Source of the DNA: Entomortierella parvispora E1425
Lineage: Eukaryota; Fungi; Mortierellomycota
Assembly: GCA_020891255.1 (NCBI GenBank)
Contig: BQFW01000010.1
Span: forward strand, 1,116,001-1,180,000
Length of the DNA: 64,000 nucleotides
Direction of reading: 5' to 3'
The position numbers were made by a program, and so were the translations under genes. This document shows positions 52,149-64,000 of this stretch, piece after piece (the first letter of the stretch is position 1; every line of letters begins with the position of its first letter). The notes beneath the pieces are model-generated. The model was given only the letters and a program-made list of their open reading frames with translations, was not told where the DNA came from and searched no databases.

Positions 52149-54885
52149 ATGAGCGTAATCCAGGACGACTCTGACACCATGACGGCTTCATTCTCCGCGG
52201 CCCCAGCCGTGGCCCCGCCCTTTGAGGTTAGCGACCCCTGGGGCGCTACCACAGCTAGAGGATTGAACCCGTTAGACTTGAGCAACATCCTGTGTAGGTG
52301 ACAGTCTCTTTCACTGAGACCAGCTGGAATGGGTCCCATGGGGAAGTTTTTTTGTGCCTTTTGTTCAGCAACTCTAACAGTCGCTTTTGTATCTTGTCGC
52401 TTTGTCGCCACCAACATGGGGATTCTTGTTACGTAGCAGGAATGCCCTTGCCAAGTATCTACACCACCGCCTTTGATCTGGCCCAGCCCTCAGGCGGAAA
52501 GATCACAGTGTCTGCTATCCACAAGATTGTGGCTGTCAGTGGATTGCCGTCTGCATCAGTGAATCAGGTACCAACCAATAGACTGTTTGGATTGCCAAGG
52601 ATACTTCATACCGATGATGAGGTTCTCACTAGGAAGCAGAGGCAACAAGTACTCAAAATAATAATCCTCTTGATGGTCATAGATCCTGAACATCGCTGTG
52701 GCGCCAACCCGATCAAGGATCTCCAAGGGGGAGTGCAGCGTGACGTTGGCCCTTGTGGCAATGGCCCAGAAGAATATGGATCTGTCGATCGAGAATCTGA
52801 TTGCGCACCGGGAAGGTAATAGCGGGAAAAATACAACTCTAGTCACTCCCATTGCATTGAGGTGCTTGTCGAGTACTGATATCTTTGTTGTTATTGCGTT
52901 TGTTTAGACCTACCCATTCCCCATCTGCCAGGTCTCGAAGCGATTGACTTTGGTAGCGCCAGGGAGACCAACATTTATGCAACGAGTTCGACGCTGCCCC
53001 TTCAACACCACCCTGTTCACGTGGGTAGTGCAGTCTCGGATCCTTGGAGAAGCTCCGTGGTATCCACTCTCAAGAATGGCAGTGGAGGATACCCACCTGC
53101 ACCCTCAAGCTTGGCATCCCCGCCCATTACTTCGGATCAGATTAATCGGGATGCAGACCCGGAGATAACCCGCAAGGATATGTACCAATGGTTCTTGCAC
53201 CTGGACACGATCAGGATTAGCTTTGCCCCCGAGAAAGAAGGCATCTTCTTATTTAAGCATACCAACTACATTGTGGAGTCAAAGGTAGAACGGAGAATGG
53301 GGAGTATGATGGATATTTCATTGTTCTCTGTCAGTTTCGCTAATAGTGTTTTACTCTCATTCATAGAACCGACAAACGACTGTCATCAGGAGATATAGTG
53401 ATTTTTGGTGGCTGCTGGAGGTCCTTGCCAAGCGATTTCCTTTCCGAATCTTGCCCAACCTGCCACCCAAAAGACTCGGAGGTAAAAATTGCAGATATAT
53501 GATGTAAAGCGACTGCTGTGAGAACTCCTTGCGTTTATATTAACCCGTCTCTTTCATTTATTTAGTGGCGGACGAGGCATTCCTGGAGCGCCGACTGAGA
53601 GGTCTGACCCGATTTATGAACGCGCTGATGCGTCACCCTGTCCTCAAAAACGATCCGTTGGTGATTTCCTTCTTGACAGAGCCAGTCGTAAGTCTATTTC
53701 CAATTTTTTTTATTTTTTTTATTTGATCAGCTGGAGGACATTCTTTGACCTGACCGACCTTCGAACATGCTTTTGTCAACTGCTTATATCCAGGAACTGG
53801 CTCTTTGGAGAAAGAATGTAGTCATTTCGACCGAGGACGAGTTCATTGCCAAGATACCCATTTCGGAGACACTCTCGAAGCAAATTCCCATGACTTTGGA
53901 CCTGGAGTTGGAAACGATTAAGAGACGCTTGCCTGCTTCGATTGAGTATTACCGAAACATGGTTCATGTTTTGGATCGTGTCCAGAAGAGAACCGAGGCC
54001 AACGCTGGAGATTATACCCGATTCAGTCTTTCGATCAAGTATGCCCAAGATTTTCAATAGGATCCAAGGATTTAGAAAGGATCACCTGAATGCCGTATGC
54101 CCTGAAATGGTTTTGCTGATACTAAACAAACCCATTTCTTTTTCTTCCTTTAACTAGAGCCTTGGCTGATTGTGAGAGGCAATGTCATATTGAAGAATGT
54201 TACAACTGCGGACAGTTGAGTCATGGATATGACAGGATAGGAACGCATCTTCAACAAACTGGAAACTTGCTCGAGCATGAGGCCCGGGATACACGTGAGG
54301 GCATGGTCGAAAGTTTGAAGCGTCATCGGGACTTGTTGGTCTCTGTGAAGGAGCTGTTGTTAAGGCGAGACCACGCACGAGACATGGGCAACATGACCGA
54401 AGTCTTGAAGAGAAGAGTAACGGCTAACGAGGCCAAGCTGAAGACGCTCAGAGCCTCGGCTGCGACGGCTGCTAACGCTGCAACATCGAACAACGCCGAC
54501 CCTGCTGCAGCGGCTGGAATTTACGATTATCAGATCGAGAAGGTCCTTCACAACATCCACTCGGTAAGGACTATTAATCCTCTAGCAAGAAAAAAAAAAA
54601 AAAAAAAAAAAAAAACGAAATAGACTCTCTAACCTGTCCTTTTTTTCTTTTACTCGCTCTCAGGATCAAGCAGAATTGGAAATCCAAGCACAGAGGGCTA
54701 TCTTGGTTCAACACACGCTCTGGATGGAGATTACTTTTTTCCACAAGAACCACGCGTTGATTGCGGGCATGTATCAGGCCTTTGTGCACGAGCAGATGAA
54801 GACGAGTCAGAGTCTCTTTGACAACTGGAAGTCGCTTTCGCCAGTTGTTCATGATCTCCCCATGGATGTGAATGGATTCAACTGA
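52149..54885 (+). CDS. MVP1: Sorting nexin Mvp1/SNX8 (PX-BAR); multi-exon
   Basis: [48 protein letters not shown] and [12 protein letters not shown], followed by a BAR-type helical C-terminus. Confidence 0.9.
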
Positions 54886-55060
54886 GAAAAAAGAATGGTA
54901 GTTAAGAGTCATCTTCATTCGTCTGATAGCGTATCGTGGAGAGACTTGGTGCCTCTTTTTTTGCTTCACAAATACAAAATCGATTCTCAGAGATATTTTC
55001 TTCATTTTAGCTTTATTTTCTTCATTGTTCTTCTTCCTGCTTCGTAAAGGGTGTTTTGTA

Positions 55061-58000
55061 TTAGATGTAGAATCTAAAATGAGAAAGAGCATGTTGAGAG
55101 TTTGGTCAGTTGAACAATATCATCATCTCATCAAAACGACAGTTTGCAGCGAGCGGTACTTACTTCTTGTTAACGAGGAAGAGCAGCAAATTGACGTTGA
55201 CCTTGGCCATGTCGTCAAAGAGACTCATAATCTGGATATTGTTGAACTGGCACTGCAACAGATCCTCCAATCTCAATTCCATGGTCGACACAGGCAGGCG
55301 GACCATCATGATCGAAGTCTCGGCCTCGATCTGGAAGAGACCCGGCTCATCACACGAGATGGTCAAGGAGATCTGAGAGTACTGCTTGGGTGAAATACCT
55401 TCCAAGTTGAGCAGGACACCCTTCTCAAACAACTTCTGGGCCGTGTACTTGAACGATCCAAACTGCGGCACCTTGCCGTGTCGTTGGAGGTTCCGCATAT
55501 GGAAGTACTGCTTGGTGAACGGCATCACGTATCGCTGTTTCTTACCCTTCTTGGTCGTGATGTTGTTCATACAGGACTCGACATAGTCATGGTAGGACTT
55601 GATCTGACCCTCCAGGAACGACTTTTTCTCGTTCAAGTTGCTCAATGTCTGCTTGACCTGCGCCAGTTCGCCGGCACGTTGCAAACGACGACGGTGTTTG
55701 GTGCGGATGTCGACTGCGATCGCATTGATCATATCTTGGTATCCGTTCTTGCGCGTCACCTTTCCGGTCGACTCGAGTTGGAGAATGCCATCGATTGCAT
55801 GTTGCTTCAGCTCCGTGAACCGCATCGCGTTCATGTCCAACATGTTGTTGCCCGTCGTCCTCAGGTGCTCGTTCATGCTCGATTCAGAGTTGTTGTCGAT
55901 GCGGCGTTGATGGTGCTGATGTCGGTTCATCTCTGAGGCCTTGAGCTCCTGCCAGGCCTGCTCCTCATGGATAGTGGCACGGCGTTCCAAGATCTCCATC
56001 AGGTTCTTTCCCGATTGAATACGAATGATCGACAGAATGTAGCGTTTCGTCTCCACAAAGAGATGCTTCAGATCCATGTCTGGATCATCCAAGTTGGCCG
56101 TGAATCGGTTCTGGAGCGTCAAGCAGACTTCACCATGACCGATCGAGTGCTCCTCATAGCCCGCGGGTGGGTTTCCGAGTTCGGACAGGATCACGCGCAA
56201 GGGGTCGTCCATCTCGGGCGCAAGGATATCGACCTTGTCAATCAACATGGCGTGCATCATGAAGATCTCATGAGGCGACATGTAAACCGTTGGGCGGATA
56301 GTATTGACTTGATCTACATACTCGTTCACTTCGAACTGCTTCTCCGGTTCCACAACCTCGGTGACTATTTGTGATGGGGAATTGATTAAAAAACCGTAGA
56401 CATTTCAACATGTCGGATACCCTTTCCATAAACACAGCGCTATTCACGTACCGTTCTTGAAGTAGGTGGCAAAGCGGTTTCCAGCATACTCAACGTACTC
56501 GTTCAGTGGCGTCAAACAAGTGTTCTCACTAGCAAAGAGCTTGCCGACCGAGATTTGGTTCAGCATCTTGGAGATCTCGGCCAAGTTCTTTCGCTGCTGA
56601 GGGTTGATAACTCCTTCAATGACATCGAATCCCTCCGGAGCACTATAAACACACGCGATGAAAACAAAAAGATATGTTAGCATACATCCAAAGTAAATTC
56701 TGTAATGGCTTTCTCAGACAAAAAGGCAAGCTTACACAATCGCAGGGTTGAGGTATCGGTAGTAGATCAAATGACCCACAGCCTTGGAAATGTTTTCCTC
56801 AGACTCTTGAGGGAACTTGGACCGGAGAGCGCTTCCGACTTCCTTGGCAATGTAACGAATACCATAGGGCATCTTTGGCAAACTCTCCAAAATTGCGTTC
56901 AAAAACATCTCTGTGCGAAGACGAAGCTCCTGCAAGTGACGGATATAAGTCGCACGCGTCTCTGGATCCTGGAGTGCTTCTTGGTGGTCAATCTGGAGTG
57001 GGCGCTCTGAAGGACGACCGGTCCTCAATTCCTCGTTGTTGATACTTGCTTTGTAGATCTAGTAGTGGACAGTCAGTGTTAGTGTCTGTAAAGGATTTCC
57101 ATCAAGTTATCATCTTTGTTGTAAGTATTTATCTCACCATCAGAGGGTCGCTCTCCAAGTCCAAAAAGTCTTCTTCCAAAACCCCTTGAACAAGACGTCC
57201 AAGAAGATCACGCAAGTAGCGACGTTCTTTGGCTCCACGGACGTAAATCATGACCATCTTCACAAACATGAAGTTGCCTCTCATAAAGTCATTAACGTTG
57301 AGAATCTGGTCGACTTCCTCAAAGATGGATTGCTAAACACACGACAAACAAATAGTCAAGAGTGATGGATGTCAATTGATGCTCTCCGTCGGAATAAAAG
57401 TGGCCAGTTTTTATGTCTTGGATTCCTTACCTTGAACAACTTGAGCAAGAGATATTCTTCACGAGAGTTCTGGGCATATCCAAACATGGTCAGCACGACA
57501 CCCTCAATCTGCTTCTTGATCCGGTCCGTAAACAGTCCGGTCTTGGACATCATGAAGAACAGCTTGCTGAAATAAGATGGTTGAGTCTGAAGCAGATAGA
57601 ACAGCTGCTGGTAAAGGACCAAACGGTCACGACTCTCGCGGTCTAGAGATTTGAGCGTGTAAGGGTTGCTGGTGGCAGAGATGGGCATCGACATTCTACG
57701 TTGAGCTTTCTTCTTTGTGAGAGAGGTCGTGGTCTTGAGGACCTCATCTAAAGTGATATGGTTCTGAACCAAAAGTGCGATCTTGATGTCCAGTTCGTTT
57801 AGTTGTGCGTCTGATTGAGTGTTCTCGCGAATCCTGCGGATGACCAATTGACGAAGGTTTTCTAACTCCAGTTCTTCCTCAAAATCAAAATCACTGTCGT
57901 TCAAGAGGTGAAGGAACGACTTCAGGGTTGTGATGGGTGGGTTCACACCGGTTGCTATAGGAATCATGGATAGGTTTGGTTAGGGGACTTGCCTACCTCA

Positions 58001-59664
58001 GGATTTAAAGTCCACCAACCAGTCGTGTTGTTTCCTTACTTAAACTTCTATAGGCATCGCCAGCGGCCTTGGCACGGAAGACACTTTGCATCTTGACGAT
58101 ACTCTGCATATTCTCATGGTAAAAGTGTTGTCTCTCGAGGTATTTTTTGCGTTGGAGATGTCCACGAAGATGGGCTTGGATCTAAATCATCAAAACAGAT
58201 TAAAGAATAGTAAGTACGGGTGAGGAGTGGTAATGTTCTCTCCCTGCGGATCCATGTACGTACTGTAACAACTTGGGGTTCACACGCATAGAGGTGGGCC
58301 ATCCTGTTTCTATACTGTCTCCGCACAAGCTCTCCACGGCCCTGCGCTTGCACCTGAACCAGGAACTCCTCCATATCTTCATGCAGCTCGCGGCGCGCCA
58401 AGAATCTCTTGCGATCCAGGGCTCCACGGAACAGATGCTGACAGTGAGCGATCGAGTCTGCATTGTTGGCCCAGAAGAGATCACGCAACTCCTGGTTCGA
58501 AAGCAGCGTCTCTGGTTCCTCCTCTTCCTCTGGCTCCTCTGGGATAGTCTCTGCAATAGCCAATTCTGGCTCGTTCAGTTCCTTGGCCAGGGCTGATCCA
58601 ATGTTTCCGAAACTGGGCATGGAAATTCCAGCGGCATCCAGTCCCTGACGTGTCGCATGGATCTCTGCGTCTGTGAACTGAAGCTCTCCGACCAAGTTTT
58701 TGATGTTGGGTGCTAGTCCCTTGGTGGCGAGCATATGACTGAGAGCATGGATACAGTAAATGACCTTGGGAATGTTCTTCTTGTCGTAGAGATCTGTCAG
58801 CTCAAAGATAAAGATCTCTGGCAGCTTGAGCTTGCGCATAGCCTTGAAGAGACAGTTGATGTTGTCTGAATGTTTGTACTGCAACACGGGGTGCTATTTC
58901 ATGAAATGAAATGAGGTCAGTGTAAGTGCTGGTGAATGCCCTCTCTTCATGTATCGTGCAGTAACGACCATGTCTATCCTGCCGTCCGCATACCTCAAAG
59001 ATCTTTCTCACAGAGGTGGGGTCAAAGTAGCGGGCAAGCTTGGCGAGTACTACGCCATTGCGCAGACTCTCTTCCAAGGTGGTAATGGCGTCGATTTCCT
59101 CATTGATACAGGCCTCAATCCATCTAAAAGGCAAAGCAGGGTCAACAATGGTCAGATTCGGAATAGCAAGCGTTTCGATCGACATCAAAGAGAAGCTGGT
59201 CAGGTTGCTACGAACATACTCTTTGGCTTCTCCGATGTGACAAAGGTAGTCATAAGCCTGCACTTGTTTGCGAGACTGGTCCATCCATCGGCCGCCGCGC
59301 GCACCCTCGTCTCTCGTCAATCGCATGCGACCCTTCATTCCTATGTGGGTAGCAGTGTAGACTGGTGAGCCATCGCCTGATCTCTATTGTTTCACAGTGA
59401 CCTCCAAGACCGTGTTGTCGCTCTCGTATTGAAAGGGGGGGCACCTTTCTAGAGTCTGAACTTTGCATGCACGGTGTCTAGCTCTCAGAACGCGTTCTGG
59501 GCTCTCTCTCTGCACCCAAAAGCGGGTTTGCCCAAGGGTTCAAAGCACACACGCGACTCTCTTCATTCGTCCATCAACGGAAAAAGGGACTCACCAGTGA
59601 CATCTTCCGTCTCAGTGGACAGGGTCAAGTCTGCAATGGATGAGACCGAGATCAAAGCCGACAT
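55061..59664 (-). CDS. IQG1: IQGAP-family protein (CH, IQ, RasGAP and RasGAP_C domains); multi-exon, start uncertain, 13-nt final exon 55061..55073
   Basis: AYDYLCHIGEAK, LEESLRNGVVLAKLA, ELTDLYDKKNIPKVIYCIHAL, YGYAQN/FGYAQNSREEYLLLKLF-type block, YYRYLNPAIV|APE, GSFKYTAQKLFEKGVL and NVNLLLFLVNK|KFYI*. Confidence 0.93.
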
Positions 59665-60833
59665 GGGCCTCACTTCTCTTGCAGAAGTCGTGTTTGACAG
59701 CATTGTTCCAAATAGCCCTCTTGGGTTCCGTTGGCCGCTTTTTCGTGCAAGTTGTGTGTTGTAATAAAAAAAAATCTGTAGTTGAGGATTCTAGTCCTGC
59801 CTCGTCCCGACTTCTGTTTTGCTGGGTTGTTTTCGTACTGTGTGTGGTAAAAAGGAATACGTTGTTAGAAAATGGTCATTAGACGAGCAATGAGGACTGG
59901 AATGTCAACGATGCGTTCCAATGAGAAGGGTGAATGAACGAACGAATGGGGGAATGAGTGAAAGAAGAAAGAAAAGGGAAGGGAGCAAGCAGGAAGAGAG
60001 AGATTCCTCTACCCACACCGGCCATGCGCGCAGATCGAGTCAAGAGACAAAAAAAGGGGGGAAAAGTCACCCGGCCATTGTAGCCGCAATACACACTGCA
60101 CAGGTGGGACGCCCTCCCTCGCCAATGACAGCATTGTGCCCTGCATCAAAGGATATCCTCCAGCCACTTCATAGGAGAAAGAGAGAGGGAGGGAGAGAGA
60201 AAAAAGCCGGAACTAATATCTCAGGGTGAAAGAAGGCAGGCGGAGACACCCAAAGGGTGTGGTGCCTCTGCTTTTGTTTCCACATTTTGCAGGCTGTGGT
60301 TCTTTGCTCCTTGCTGCTGAGGAAATGAAGAGTCGCCCTCATCATGTAGCGCAAAAGAGGATAGGTCTCTACCAAAGAAAGGAAAGGGGGTGGAGGATAA
60401 TGAAGCTTGACACCGTTGCCCGGAATGGGCTACTTCACTTACAAACGCGCGTCTCCTGTGGGGGTATCGACCGTTAGTCCACGCACAACAAAGGGGTCAA
60501 GTGATCAATACTTTCAGGGGCAGGGTATTTCTGGTGGTGGGGTATACAGGCCACTGGTATGTTGGCGTTGTGCAGGTTGATGGAGGGTTAAAAAAGAGAG
60601 AAGAAAGGAGGAGAGGGGCAGGCAGGAGAGGAAAGAGAAATACGTTGAAGTCATCTAAAGACAACACCACGTGATCATATCTACTGCGATCAATGAAACT
60701 GATCTCATTCGTAAAAATAAAGCTGAAAGATCACAAAAGATACACCCCTTAAGTTTGAAGGTGCTCCGATGAACGCGCTCTGTGCGCGGACTTTTTTCCT
60801 GCACCTTGCCCTCTTCACCGCCATTCCCGAACA

Positions 60834-63800
60834 ATGGAGGGAAACGATTACGACACAATATTAGACGACGATCCCGGCGAGTCCTTCGTGGAACAACTTG
60901 AAGTCCTGGAATCGACGGACAATTCGGTATGTTTACTATGATGACGGTCAACCCTCATTGACTCCACAGCTAGACAACAACAGACTTTGGAAATGCTTGG
61001 AATGCTAATGCCCTTCTTCATTTGTAGGTATCCATTACGTTTCAAGATGATGACGAATTCTTGAAACGAGCCCACGCATGCTTAAGACTTGAACCACAAG
61101 ACCTCCCGCTTGAGCGTCAACTGATGCGCGTCTGTGATGAGCCCGAGCCTTTGCCTCGCAACGAAAAAATTGGCGGAACTTTAAAGGTCCTACAAGACGC
61201 GTACGGTCTTGTCGTTGATGATGGAGCAGAGAGTCTTGCGGGAATAATTGCTGGCGTCTTGAACAAAGTACTGACAACAAACTTCAGGATAAGCATCGGG
61301 CACATGGAGGACACCAATAGCGAATTTTTGGACTTACCCCCTACAAGGCTACTACTACGACGCCTGGCCGAACTCCTCAATGTCGCCATTGTTATTCCAT
61401 CCACACGGCTACACACCCAAGTTTACAAACCAACAGGACCGCCTTGTTTGTATGTCGGTATTTTGCACGTGGGCAACTCCTTCGAACAAGTCTCGACATA
61501 CTCGCCTCTCTCCTGCTCTCTCGTTTCACAAAAGTCTTCCCCGGCCGCTCCTTCGAAACCCGCCGCAAGATCAGCCACTGGATCTGTGTCGCCCCGGGCT
61601 TGCGGAATTTAGATCCTTCAAGAAGAAGAATCAGTCAAGGGATTTTCCGAAAAAAATTAAGATGGATGTGGCAATGCCAGCACTTACAGTCGAATGGTAA
61701 GCTCATTAATATTTATATCCAAATCGTTTTTGGTTTTTTTTTGTTTTGTTCTGAAATCGTCCTTACAATAACGACTCTTCAACTAGCCGCCACTTTTTGA
61801 CAAACGAGATCGACATGCAAGTTAAAAAGGCGCTCAAAGTCAAGGGTGTCGATGACCAATCTCTGCGAACTAAATGCGACACCATGAAGTCTAAGGAACT
61901 ACGCCGAGTCAGGACGCCTCAAACAGTCCTAGCCAAAACAACATCTGTCATAGAGCCCGCTCACGATATGGCCCCAGGCAGTTGGGATGCAGGTGATGTC
62001 GCCAAAAAAATGAAGAAGGAGAAAAACGACATCGCCGACAAAATGGAAGAGCAAGAAGACTGGGCTCCGCATCACGAATATCTCCAGACGGTTCGAGATA
62101 ACTTTGATGAGCTATGGCGAAAGGCCCTGAACAAGAACCGGTCAAAGGCGGACTCTGTGCCAAAGGAGAAGGAGCCTGAGGTCCAGCTGCGAACCATCTC
62201 CGTACCATTAGAGAAGATTCTGCGAAAAGACTTTCAAGATGCCGATAAAACGGCCATCAAAGAATTGCTGACTCAAAAACAGGAAGCAATGTCATCTCAT
62301 ATGGAGGAGCTCCAGTCGGCACTCGCCATGGCCCAACTAGAGGTTAGTGAACGAATGGACATGCACTGGTGGAGCATCATGAGCTGGCAATTGACCGTAT
62401 GTGATCCTTTTATGGTTTGTAGGTGCTGCAAGGACGGTTTCATTCCGAGCAAGGCTCCACCAATGAATTCGATATTCGTCAAATTCTCCCTGAGGCTTTT
62501 AAAATCCGCGATACCGATCTCATGGAGAGTCCTTCTATCAAAGTCCCCCTGGTTGCAGACGATTTCCAGCTGAACGTAAAGAGATATTGTAACGAGGACG
62601 CTCGGAGGTCACCATTCGAAAGGGACAGCAAGGACCTGTTCAATCACGATTGTATCGTGTATATCGCAGCACGGCTCGTACAAGAAGTCTCCGAAAAAGG
62701 CAAATCAAAAAAAAAACAGAAGCCTGGCAGTGATAACGAAGACTTTGGTTCAGATGGTAGCGACGCCGAAGTATCTGACCAAGATCCTGAGGAAGATGAC
62801 CACGACGTGTGCGAATCTGGTCCAAGCAGTCTAACAAAGCCATCGTTATCGGCAGGTACCAAGCGCCAACGGCCTTCCACCAATGCCAGCCAGTCCGCAA
62901 AAGCTTTGACGCACCCTGTTTGGAACGAATTGGCGGCTTTCGTCAGACAAGCGTGGAGTGGAGATGATGAATTTGCCACGAATGCTGTATGTCCAAAAGG
63001 CATGTCTCAATCACGCCCAGAGGTCTTAAAGACAATTGCCACCAGCTACCATAACATTTGGAAGGCAAAGCTATATCTCGACCTCAAACGGGCGGTTGTC
63101 CGTTACTTGTTGCGACTTCATCTTCGACCGCTTGGGGAGCAGCGATATAGAGATCAGAAGAAGAGGTTCGCGGAAAACAAGGCGTCAGAGGCAGCCGAGA
63201 AATTGAAAAGTCCGTATGTGCGCAGAAAAGCCTACCGCTGGACAGCAAAGAAGGTGCTTGTTCAACTGGACGAGGCCATCAGCACCTGCAAGACGGCTTG
63301 GAATGGTAACATCTTGGAGTTGCGGGATCCTCTCGACTTGAAGGATAGACAGTCCCGGATTGCTAGGGTCAGCAACGTCTTCCGACTGCTCAGAGATGTT
63401 GTTGACAAGACCAAAGCTGCAGATAAGGACATTGGTGATCTCAAGCTCAAACTTGACCGGGGCGGTAGCAATGATCAAAGTAGCAACAGCGAAGTAATTC
63501 CGACTTCGTACGACATCATAGAGTTGGCTCAGGAAGGGGATGACTTTGATGGCGAGTGTGATCTTCAGGAGGAAGACGACTTTGATGGCGAGTGTCAAGA
63601 GGAAGACGGCTTAGACCAGGCAGAGACGGAATCGGCACCCGAACCGGAGGTCGTCAGAGGTAAGGCAAAAAAGTTTGGCTTTGAAATACATCACAAACTC
63701 AGATGTCGCCCTAACAATAACGACTTGTTTTGTAGATGCTTTGGAACCAACAGGCAAACACCTTCGTGGGCTGGAGGCTGTCACCTGCCTCTTGCTTGAC

Positions 63801-64000
63801 AGATCTGACTGCCCTTCTCAGGTTACGCCGGCATTCGTTCGTGAATACCTCTTTGATGAGGAGATGTTCAACGATACTGAAGTCAGCACGGTCGTCCAAA
63901 TTGTCAACCAACTGCGACCCTATACTCCAAAACGAGATGACGAAAACAAGCTACATGAACATATTCTCGTGTTGGGCCCTTTCTGCATGCTCGCCAATCA
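60834..64000 (+). CDS. Large spliced gene truncated by the window end; probable Fanzor1-like (TnpB-derived) protein, N-terminal/REC region only
   Basis: Exons 60834-60926, 61028-~61696 (with an internal frame break), 61787-62342, 62423-63659 and 63736->64000, joined by canonical GT..AG introns. Motifs RTISVPLEKILR, VRYLLRLHLRP and VNQLRPYTPKR...LGPFCMLAN resemble, from memory, Mucoromycota Fanzor1-type proteins. No RuvC residues are visible in the window. Confidence 0.5.

Noticed and set aside
60480-60830. Possible left end (TIR/TSD) of a transposon carrying the Fanzor-like gene
   Set aside because: No terminal repeat can be defined without the right end or a second copy; the TTAA sites here are not diagnostic.

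Overview
Intron-rich eukaryotic genomic DNA from an early-diverging fungus. A Mortierellaceae-like source is inferred from gene content, short GT-AG introns with CTRAC/CTAAT branch sites, and low-complexity polyQ/S/T-rich proteins. About 21 protein-coding genes can be assembled by hand across introns, plus a divergent tRNA-Leu(CAA)/tRNA-Ala(AGC) pair. Recognisable genes: GPR1/FUN34/YaaH transporter, CYB5R-like oxidoreductase, Pho80-family cyclin, Rav2/ROGDI, MBOAT acyltransferase ALE1, sphingolipid C9-methyltransferase, PRXL2/AhpC-TSA-like redoxin, Sec14-like protein, subtilisin, NDOR1/TAH18, TRR1, MVP1 and IQGAP. Two loci stand out. (1) A ~1430-aa GPI-anchored surface protein built from 11 tandem copies of an unrecognised 4-Cys domain. 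Its promoter carries three exact ATCTGATAA elements, the consensus site of fungal iron-repressing GATA factors, so it is a candidate iron/heme-acquisition surface system. (2) A large spliced gene running off the right edge that resembles Mucoromycota Fanzor1 (TnpB-derived RNA-guided nuclease) proteins; the diagnostic RuvC domain would lie outside the window. All family calls come from motif recognition by eye; no database search was run.
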